From the IMG/VR virus record IMGVR_UViG_3300020419_001178, positions 64,001-128,000 of that record: 64,000 nucleotides of DNA; one strand, given 5' to 3'. Position numbers and translations under genes: made by a program. The DNA is from a virus. Under the pieces are notes generated by a model. That model ran no database searches and had not been told where the DNA came from. It was given only the letters and a program-made list of their open reading frames with translations. Every line of letters starts with the position of its first letter. Position 1 is the first letter of the stretch. This document shows, piece by piece, positions 1-12,000 of this stretch.

Positions 1-3000
1 ATACATTTGAGTTATCAAAACTTCCAATTGGTGTCTGCCAAATTTCTAAGAAATATTCTGACACACCAGTTTGTACTGTGTATTGCTGATTGTATCCAGC
101 GTTAAGTATTTTATTACCTACTTGAACTACAACATTATGCGTATGAGGAATAGAAGAGTAAGGTGTTTTTTCTAATGTAAAGTTAACCGTACTTCCGTCT
201 CCTGTAAATTCTTGTGTTTCTATTTTACTGTAGCTTTGTACCTTATCATATACAGCAAAATTAATAACGCTTCCGTCTCTAGGCGCTTGACCAAATACTA
301 TCACTGCTTTTGTATCTTGTACTGAACTATCTTCACTTGCTACTAATACAGAATCTACTTCTTTTCCATTCACAGTAGCAATGTAATCTAATTTCGTAGT
401 CCAATGAGCTTTTGTTCTAAACTGTGTTGTACATCCATCACCTATAAATTCATCGAACTCAACTACGCTTTCACCATTACCGCTTACACTAATTAAATTT
501 ACAGCAGTACCGTTACTAGGAGCAGTGGTAAATCTTACTTTCTTATTTTTATAATCTACAGTATATGAAGTAGGAGATTGAATTACTTTATTCAATCTAA
601 TATATAATCCATTTTCACTTTGTGGCTGTATTCCAAATCCAAATTCTGTCTGTATACCATCTGCGTTGTAACAATTACTACTTAATAAACTACCACCTTT
701 ATCTGGTCTATGAAATACTTTGATGTCCACAGTATCAAGTACCTGTCCAGGAACTTGTTCTTCAGGTCCTTTTGAAGTTGTAGGAGTAACAAAACCGTCA
801 CCATCAATTATTATTTCTTCCGGATTTATTCCTTTAGCTGTACTAAACTGTAAATCACCACCACTTAAAATTGTATCATAAGATCTAGGATCAGGTAAGA
901 AAGATCCATCTGATGTTGTTTTTCTAAATACTACAACATCGTTAGCAACAAATTTTTGTATATCATTTGTAATTGTAATTGTTGTTTGTGTTCCGTCACC
1001 TGTGATACTCTGTAAAACAGCATTTACATTATTTTGTGACGCTGTGCCAAAATTAGGATCATCTATTCTTTTTCCATTTAGGTAAACATTATATACTGCT
1101 CCGTTTTCTAAAGGTTTACTTAAAGTAAATACCTCAGTGCTACCATCCATTTGAAATATCTCGTCATCAAATGTAGTATCAAATGTGTCATAGGTTGTTG
1201 TAAACCATCCATCTGAATCCCAACCTGTACCTGTTCCAAAACTATAACTGCTTACTTCTACTCCACCGTAGTCTACACCGTCTAAGATTTGCCCTAAATC
1301 ATTTCCATACATACCTGTTACAGGATTATAGTAAAAATTAATTCTATCTTGTGCTTGTAATAATTCTGCTGACTTGTTATATTTTATTACAACACTTTTA
1401 CTTGCTGTTTGAGGTTCAGTAAAGAATATTCTTCCATACTTTCTCAAATAACCTTTTGTACTATCTGATTTATTTTCAAATGTATATTCGCTTCTCAAAG
1501 CTTCTAGCCCATCAACTGTAACAATTATTTGTGTGTTTTTAAGTTGCATTGGCCATTTCAAATCAAATATCTGCTGATTAGATCCAGTTGTAAATGTTTC
1601 AGTAGTAGATAGTTGTGTAAACAAATATGTTCCTGTAACTCTATCAAATTTACATCTTAAATGAGTAGATCTAGCTTTACCTCCACCTAGTACAGGACTT
1701 AATCTAGCTACAGTCCCGCCATCTTGTAAAGATCCTTCTAAAGTAATTGTTGGTTGTGAAAGATACCCTGATCCAGTATTTGTTACTTTTACAGCATTAA
1801 TTTTTCCATCACCGCCTAAAAATGCTACAGCTTTAGCTCCACTTCCTCCGCCGCCGGTAATTTTGATTATAGGAGCATCTAAGTATCCTGATCCTGTATC
1901 TGCTATGTTAAGACTTTGTAATTCAAATCCTACATTTTCTGCCCAATGCTTACTAGGATACTTTGTAATTTCTGAAAATCCAGAAACAATCTCATCATTT
2001 ACTACCTGTACGGATTGAGGAGTAATCTTTCCATCAGCTTCGTTATAAACAGTTGGTAGATCAAAGTCTGTGACCACAGTTGAAGTCGGATCTGTTTTTT
2101 CATATGAACTTAAATATTCTCTTACTTTGGTTCTATAAGGCTTCACTTCATTTATATAAGATTCGTAACTTGGAAGACTATCATTTTTAAAAGTAATACG
2201 TTGCTCTAATTCTCCAACGTTGTGTTTTGCTTTTATAAAGCTAGTTTTAAAAGCCCAGTCTACTGCTGGTTGTTCAGCAAATACATAACGTAAAGAAGCA
2301 AAGAAACATTCATTCCAATTTTTTAATAAATCTGCTACGAATATTTTATTTTCTAGTATGCCAATTATTAATCGCATCTCAGCAACAGGTTCTGTGTCGT
2401 AAAATATTTTGTCAAAACCGCTTCCGTCATAAGCAATATTTTCATTTGACACATCGTACAATGAATTTTTAAATTCTATGGTTCCGTTTTGCCTACCTAT
2501 AGTTTTGTAGTTTACTGTATAATCTTCTGTATCTTGATCATCTTCTTTTTCTAGTAATAACCATCCACCGGTTCCTACATTGTTAATTTTTACAACATCA
2601 CCTATTTTATCTTCAAGTCCATATAATTGGTAACTACTTGAAATAGTATAATTTATAGGTGTAAAAATATTGTAATTAGTTTCGTACCAATCTATATACT
2701 GCCAATAAGCATTTACATCATATGCTTGTGTAAGTGTTCTTAACCATTCTGTTCCGTCCCAAGCAAATACAGCCCATTTACCGCCTACAGTTTCATCTGT
2801 CTTAACTAATACGCTAAACTTTCTTACTTCGATAGTAGGTGCTACGTAGTTTGTTCCTCCGTTAATAATGTTTACAGAAGCAATACTACCATCAGCTCCT
2901 AGAACAAAACGTAACTCTGCTCCTGTTCCTGTAGTATCTGTTACTTTATATGTTGGAGGATTTATGTACCCTTTTCCAGCATCATTTATAAGAACATTTA

Positions 3001-6000
3001 TAATAGTTCCGTTTTCAATTTCTAATGTAAGATTAGCTTGTTTGACGTTAGCAACACTAATAAAACCTAATTCCGCAAAAGTATCAGATGTAGTGTCGTA
3101 AGTTCCTGAAACATTAGATGGTCTTGGATCAATTTGTGTAAGTCCTGATAGATCTTTGTTATCAACGATAAGTTGTGATTTGAGTATTTTGTTTACTCTT
3201 TCAATGAACTGTTTTCTAGCTTCTGTTCTGTTTACAAACCAACTTTGTCTTGGATCGTTTAAGTTTCCATATCTCTGTCTAATAGGCAAATCAACATCTG
3301 GAACTGGTCTATCGTTAACGTCAAATCCGACCAAACTGTCAATCCATTTTTGTTTAATAGTGTTGTTAGGAATACTAGTTTCTAATCCATCGGAAATAAT
3401 TTGATATTCATTATGAACGTTTTGTTCTTGGTTATCAATTGTCCACCAATTAAATGTTATTCCTACATCTTTATCTTTTATAAGACTAGCACAATTATAT
3501 AAAGAAAATCTATTATTTCCTAAAGGTGCTACAAATCTCACACCCTGTTGTGCCGGACTAGATATTAATCTAGCAACATCGAATGCCGAAGCTTTTCTTG
3601 TTGTATCAGTTGGCAATGTTGCTTTGTCTTTTACCCAATAATAATATTTGTTAGAAAATGTTTGTGAAGCACTATCATATAACCTTCTAGAACTATATGC
3701 TGTATCTCCGTATTTTGTAGTGCCACTTATTCCATCTGTGAGTCCTGCTTCTGTACCTGTCTGTGCGTCCCATTCGCTTGGTAATAATGTGCTTTCTACC
3801 CATTCATATACGTCTACAGTAGTACCTGAGAATAGTGTGTTGAAATTAGCAGTAGATTCTAATATGTCTCCTTGATGATGATTGATAAATCTAGCACTTC
3901 CGATATCCCACCAAATTTTTCCAACCCATTTTTCTGCTGTATAATCCAACGTATCAAGCGAAGTTCCTGTTGCTGTGCTAACACTATATTTCGCAGGATC
4001 ATAAGAAACTTTGAAAGTAATTTCCTGTTCAGCTGTTCCGGCTATTTTTCCTTGTAATGGATCTATGTAATCTAAATAAGTTACTAAACTATTAGTTGTT
4101 TTGTCAAAAAGATTAATACCTTTGAGTTTGCTTACATCAATTGGAATAATTGGTTGTCTACCAACTGACCAAGAAGTAGCATTGACCGGTTTTCTATATT
4201 CAGCAACAAGTCCTTTATCAATAGTATTATTAGAAAGTATTTGTTGTTTAGGTAAACCTAAATATACATGATTATCCTTGACCACCATAATACTTCCAAA
4301 GTCTTGTGTATCTTTATCGTAAGCAAAATCCTGTCCATATAATAATGTATCGTTTACTGTTTCATAAATGCTTACTAATCCGCTGTCGTTATCAATAACT
4401 TTAAATGGTGTGTTGCCATTATCAAAAATTGTTGTGTCTTTATCTAACGTAGTAACTCTTTCAAGGTCCCCACCTCTTGAAGCTATAGCTAGTGTATTAC
4501 CATCAAAGTCAAGTTTGCTTCCAAATCTTGTGTTAGAAGTTCTATCAATAGGTCTTAGTGTTTGATTTAAAGCAAAGTTACCGTCTGTACCTTGAATGTA
4601 AATATAAACTGCTCCGCCTCTAATATCTCTTGTGCTATTTTCAGGAGCACCTACAGCAATCTTCTTTCCATCATTTGAAATTGCTATTGATTGTCCCCAA
4701 TTTTCAGTTATATCTTGTGTTTCTATAATTTGTGAATATTGATAATGGTCGCCGCTCTTTCTATACACAACAATTTTTCTGTTAGGAACACTACTATCAT
4801 CTGCGTTTAAATATCTTGCTGTTGATATTAATACATTTCCGTCGGTACTAACATCAAAGTCACGTCCAAATTCTTCTAAGAATTTTTGTTCTAGCGTACT
4901 TTCAGTTATACTAAAGTTTGTATCATTTGGAACGTATCCTAGTAAATCAACTCCACTATTAATTGTTTCCCATAAATTAAGATTAAATGCTCCAGGAACA
5001 GTATTAGTTTTAGCTTTGTAAATTGTTTCGCCTACTCTTACTAAATCGTTTGTAAAGTATGTAGAAGCTGTACTAAAAGTTCCTCTATAATCATTATCAT
5101 TGGATAAGACAAAATCATCTGTGGCGGACTTATCAAATATATAAATTCTACCTTCATTCAGTTCTGTTTTATCACCTGCGGCTGAAACAAATAATTTGTA
5201 TGTATCAGTGCCTGTTTTTGTAAATCTTATTTTGCTTCCAAGCCTTCTGTTTGGTGCTGAATTTGGAACAGTATAGTAACCCTTTAAAGAAAACGTTAAT
5301 TCTTTTCTTTCATATATAGCAAACGTTCCTTCGTTATCAAACGTTGAACTATATCCAGAAGTGCTTAATGGTATATTATAAACTCTATTCCAATCTAAGT
5401 TTAATGGTCCTGGAGGATTAGCAGAATCCTCAACTCCGTTCACTACTTTTGTATTATAGATCCAATATTCTCTATCCTGTAAAAATATAGCAGTTCCTAC
5501 TTGTATGTTTTCTGACTTGTCTACAACTAACATTACTCCAGCTGTAGTATTTTCTAAATGCGAACTACTAATAGGACCTATTGTTCTAACAGTACTATCA
5601 TTCTCAACAAAAGTCATGTTAGAAGATTCATTAAAATCTACACCTTTACTGAAAGTTCCGTTTCTATTTTTTAAATATATTCTTATTGTCGCAAATTCTC
5701 TTTGAATATATGCAACCTCAGCTGTACTTCCTGTTGTTGAGCAAGTTACAGTATCGCCTATTTGTGGTAAGAAAGGATCACCATTAAGATCAAAGTTAGT
5801 AAGTCTTACGATACAGAAACCATTCCATATATCAGACACAGTATGTTCAGTATTATTTAGGTAACTAAAACTTAAATTTAAAACTGGTTCAGGATCTTGC
5901 CTAGTTCCACTATTATATAAAGTGTTAGCCCACATTCTAAATTTGTCCCCAACTTGGTAAGTGGATCCATGTTGTAATTCTGTTCTCACAAACCATCTTG

Positions 6001-9000
6001 TGTCAATTACATTTGATGATGTTGCGCCATTATAATAACTCAAAATACCATAAAAAGAATTCCTAGCAGGCTCTGTAGTTAATTGCTGTGTGCTAATATC
6101 AAGTATATTTGTAAAAGGACTAGGTGTACTTGGAGCACCTTCTTCTGCTAAAGTTAAATCTTGTATTACTAAATTAGGATTGGTTTCTATAAGATTCGTT
6201 GTGCTAAAATTACTACCAACTGCTATTTGCCACCAACCTGTATGATAATCATCTCCGATATGATTTACAGTTGTAAATGAACCAACAGTTACATTGTTTC
6301 TAGTGACTGTTCCTGAAGTTTGTAATTCTCCGTTTACATTATTTAAATACAGAATCATCTTATTATCAGAATCTATAAATCTATATGCTACTGTTGCTCT
6401 AGCTGTTTCTGTTGTAATTTCATCTCCTACATCAGGCACATCAAGGGCACTAATAACTTCTATAACCATCTTAACCTTGTTTACAATGACATGATTTCCA
6501 TTTATAAATGTTTCGTTTATTACATTGTCATTGTTAAATGGACCTATACCAGCTAATGCTCCAGTTTTGTATCTATTCCATTTTAAAGTTAATATATCTC
6601 CAGGTTTCGAAGCTTCCCATTGTTGTGTTTCTGCTCTTACTAAAATATGGTCTGTACTAGCATCAGGCATACTATGGTTACCACGCATCATGTAAACCAC
6701 TGTTGGATATCCTTGTGTGTTTACATCGTAATCATTCTCAGCGGCCTGAGCATTAGAAGCATGACTTATACAACTTTGTATTGCCTGTGATTCTATTACT
6801 CTATCTGCTTGCCAAAGCTGTTCCTTGTATAGTACAACATCACCTTTAATGTAAGCAGTTTGATTATTGTAATCACCTTTCAATAAACTTTTAGTGTTAG
6901 ACGCTTCTGGTGAACCAACAGCTAACCATTTACCGTCTGGACTTAATGCGGCACTGGTTCCAAATCCGCCGTTTTGATCAAAGTAAAAGGCATCTTCATC
7001 TATCTGTTGTAAAAGATTATAATCAGTAGCTTCACTTGGTCTATTGTAAATGTATACACTTCCGTTTAGATCTTTAGGAGCTGTTATAGACATTAAATTA
7101 TTTTGATCATTTACGCTTATACTTGATCCAAAGTCTTTTTGGGTACTATCTAATAATCCTGCTGTGGTGTTAACAATATTAGGTTTTAATTCATAAACTT
7201 GTTTATAATTTAAGACAAGCCAGTTACCGTTATCATCGTCGTCTATCCATATTCTATCAGTATTAAGATTTTCACTACCTATTGAAAATGATCTTGAACC
7301 TTCACCTTTGATATTATTGTTAGCCTCACTTAATTTACTTAACCTAACGTTTTTAAATCTAGTAACAAATCCGTTTGCTGAAGCTGTAGCTGTTATATTC
7401 TTAGTAGATGGATGTTCTAAAGTAATTACGTTTAAAGATGTTGATTTTACTTTGTAATATCCGTCAGTATCTGTATCTATATCGTTTACAGCAATTATAT
7501 CTCCTGCTTCAAAATCAGTAGCTACGTTTAGAGTAATAGTAAAACTATTATCAGTAGTATCAGTTGTGCTTTTAATTTTATAATCTGTAGGAATGTATTT
7601 GTATACTCCCCAAGTTTTTTGTGACTTGTCTATCGCTGTCCAAACATAATCGCCACCTTTTAAATTTCCTAAAGTCTGTGTGCTTAGGTCTGTGTAATTT
7701 AATATTTGTAAATTAACATCTAATGGATTAACATATCCTGCGGATTTAACAAACATAGTTTCGTCTGAATAATATTTTGTAGGAAACGGCTTATGATCAT
7801 AATTTTTTGATTTAGCGTATACACCATTTCTGTTTAATCTATAAACTAAACTAGTGTCTTTTGGATTTACTTCATCAACCAATTCTACAGGTTGGGGTTC
7901 TAATCTATATTTCTCTTCATCAAAAAGTAATTCAAATTGATCGTTACCTTCTGTTGCTCCATAACGCCCAGTCCTGATTGCCCATTCTTCGTAATACTCA
8001 ATACTATCTTTGTTAGCACTACCTAATTTATCAAACAGTTTGTTAAGAACATTTCTGGTACCTTTGTCCTGTACCATTCCTTGATAGAATTTGTATTGAC
8101 TCACGTCATCTGGAATAATATTTTCTAAATATTTCCTCTTTTGATAACCAATCATATGTTGAGCAAGACGCTGTTGTTCAGAGTCAAAATTATCACTATC
8201 TAAATCGTAAAAATCTGCAAACTGTCTAGCTTTGTAATCAAGATTAGGAAGTAAAGTTTGTTCAGGTTTTTCATCTAACAAAACAAAATCTTTAGCATTA
8301 AACGTTTGTGTGCCTGACACATTAGACTTTGCTACATAATAAAATTCTTTGTGTTGTATTATGTCTCCTATCTTATAATCTTGATAGGAAGTCCATACAT
8401 TAACAAAAGCATCATCAAAAACAAATCCAGGAACATTTAACGATCCATTCCATTCATCTGATCGATAACCTTTTACTTTTAATCTTTCTTGTCTATATCC
8501 TTGTGGTCGGTTATAAATTACATCATTAAATACTGTAGAATTATCCAAAACTAATGCATGTTCTGTTTGAACTACAGGAACCTTTAGATGATATATTCCT
8601 TGGTCTGTGTTTTTGACATATATACCAAACTCATTTGTGTTATCTCTTTCTGTTGTTGCAAAGTCAGCAAGTAGTCTTTTGCCGTCTGCTTGTAACAAAC
8701 TGTAATCATAAAAGTTGTCATATATGTCATCTACTACTGTATAAGGTTTTTCAAAGTATACTTGTCTAGCCGAAGGACTTATAGTTAATACAGCACCATC
8801 TTCCCAATTTTGTGTTGACCAAAACATAAATTCTTTAGCACTTAACGCCCAGTTTTCTATTTCTTCTAAATCTTTGTTAAAAGTGTTAAACTTAAATCCA
8901 ACTGACATTAAATACTTTTCGTATCCTAGTATTAAATCTACTACGCCTTGGATGTCAGAATACACAGCACCATAATTAATTTTTTCTAGTGTTGTGTTAA

Positions 9001-12000
9001 AGGTTTTTGAGAAAAAGGCATCTGCTCCTCCTTCCGCAGGAAGTTTTTCTAATCTAGTAAAAAAGTCTAAATCAATTGCTCCGCCGGAAGTGTGACCAGT
9101 CTTAGTTCTAAAAAACACTCCAGCATTTTCTACAATTTGTCCGATACTATAAGTTTGTCCTGTATCAAATGTTACAAACTCTTCACTTATGCCTCCAACG
9201 TTTACTAAATTATCATTTTGTTTTCTAATTACTGGAAAAGTATTAAAGTAGGGTCTATCTTTATCATATCCCTTTACAATAAATCCTGATGGTATTTTTT
9301 CTATGACAATACCACTGTAAGAATATACCTCTAATGGTATACTTTTTGTAAGCACAAGATTATAGTTTTCTTCAGGAACAAATATATTTCCTTCATTATT
9401 CGGATTTCTACTATCAAGTATAAGTCTGAACTTATCTTTTTGTGTAAATCCTCCTATCTTGTGACCTAATTTATTTTCTAAATTAGCTAACCTACTTTTG
9501 TATGTTTTAAATGTAATATCTTCGTTACCTATCAAATAACCTTGCATATAGTTAACAAGTCCTGATGTAAACACTCTCGTTGTATCACTAGGTATGTTTG
9601 GAAATTTGATATCTGCTAAACTTATTCGTTTACTAGTTTCGGTATAAACTAATTGTCCTGCTAAATTTCTTGCTATTCTACTTCTATCAAACGCAACACC
9701 AAAAAGCTGTGCTGGTTGTCTTAGCATCCAAGCTCTTATAAATGCAAATGGATAGTGAGCACTTCTTCTCCACGCAGTTTCTACGGGACCTTCGTCACCG
9801 AACTTAAAATTGTCATCGTAATTACTAGCTATACCACCTCGTAAATATCCCGAAGATACAGGATCTAAAAGATTTCCTTGGCTGTCTACAGGAATATATT
9901 TTGTTAAATCTTGTATCTTAAATTTTCGTCTATATTCAATTTTTTTATTTGGTTCTCTTACTATACCTTTTTCTAAATCCTGCCAAAGTGAAAGGTTGTT
10001 ACTTGTATAAGGAGCAGGACCATATGTACTATCAAACCAAGCTGGCTTAATCTTTAAACCTAAACATTCCCAAGGATGTGTATGTGGTCTATCAGTATTA
10101 AGATAATCTTTATAAATTGCTCTCCAACTACCTGGCACAGTAATGTTATTAGGATCACCATGTTTGTAAAAATTAATACTAAAATTATTTCCTACTTTGT
10201 AGTAACTATTTGTAGTGTAATCTGGATTACCAACAGTTTCTAACCAACGGTTAAAATCAGCTATCATTACATCAGCTGTTTTAAATCTATCAAATGCTGT
10301 AGGTTGTGATTTGGTATTTAAAAAATCTTGTATATTGATTATTGATTCATCATACTCTATCTTAATATTATTGAAGATTCTTTTTTCAAGATCTAATAAA
10401 AGTTCGTCTCTATAATCTCCATAACAACGCCAAATTGATCCATCGTGTCCTTGTATTACAGGCTGTGCTGAAGGCCATTCTTCAAATTCATTTGGATCGT
10501 TAGTAGCATGGTTCATTGAATTTGACGGCATAAACCAAATTTTGTTGTCTCCAGCAAAGATATGTGTATGAGCTAACCCTGTTCCGCCATTAGCTTTATC
10601 ATATGCTTGGGCGGATACTTCGTCAGTAAATAAAGGAAAAAACCATCCTACTTTATTTTTATAAGACTTAGTTGTTGTTTCGTCTCTTCCATAAATTTTC
10701 CAAGGTCCTGTTGAATCAGGAATAGTAGAAACATAGGTTGTATCTAATGTTATTTCAGGAACATATTTTGGATATAAACCTAACTTGGTAGGTGTTGGTG
10801 ATATCCAACAACCATCTGTTGTTTCGTATTCGTAAATTTTTAAAACTTGATCAGCAACAACGGCAATTTTTAATTCTACAAAAGATTCAGTACTAATAGT
10901 ATAATCAATATCTTTAATTAATTGTTTATCATCCAGATATACTAAAATAGCCTTTTCATTCAAAGTACTAAAACTTACTGGTCTTGTAATTGGAAATATA
11001 GTTTGTGATGAATCTTCTATTTTAAATTCAGCTAAAGTATCTCCACCGAAGGGGACCATATCACTAAAATAGAAAGGATCTTGCTTTGTATTTGTTTCAA
11101 AAATTTTATCTAAAATTTTATCAACATGTATTTTTGTTTCCCCATTAAATCCTAATTCATTAGCGACTTTTAAAAACTCTCTTTTAAATTTTATGTATTC
11201 TAAACCAGCATAATTAACAGCTCTACTCATGTCATACTCTTTAGCAGTAAGATTAAACATAGGAAGATTAATAGGTCCTGAGTGTTGGACAAATTTCAAA
11301 CCATATTGTGATTGAGGTCCAAGGTCACGTAAGTTTCCTACTCCTGGATAAACTCCTGCGAAGTCGTTTACGTTGCTTACAATACTATCTACATGGTCAA
11401 TTACTTCTCCTAATGTAAATGTCACAACATTTTCGTTCATAGGATTTTTTTCTAAATTAATAGGAAATTTATAATGTCCTCTTTGATTCTTAGGAGCACT
11501 AGAATTTGCTTCTATAACTACTTTTTTATTATCGGCTAAATTTGTATAAAATCTTACATAGGCATAATTGTTTATTCTATCAATTGTATAGGTAATATTT
11601 TCTTTTTGTAAGGCATTATCAACAAAAACTTTAATTTTTAAATCATTAAGATTTCCACTGTTATCAAATACATCAACAATAAAATTATTGTTCCTAGGCC
11701 CTGTTGTATATTGTTTTACAACAGGTTGAGTTGAAAGAGCTTTTGCCTTTATCCAACCTGTTACATTAGTATATGCATCTATAGCTGAATACTTTCGTAA
11801 TATACCTGTATCTGTACTTGCTGTTATTACATCAGCTACCTGATCATAGTTGTAAGTATCACTTAATAAATTAAAGTCAAATGTAATATCGCCACTATTT
11901 TCTATTGTTCTGTATGATAAAGGAAATCCTAACTCTGTATCGTTTGTACCAGTACCTTGTTTATAGGAAAATAATTTGTTACCTCTAAATGTACTTCCTT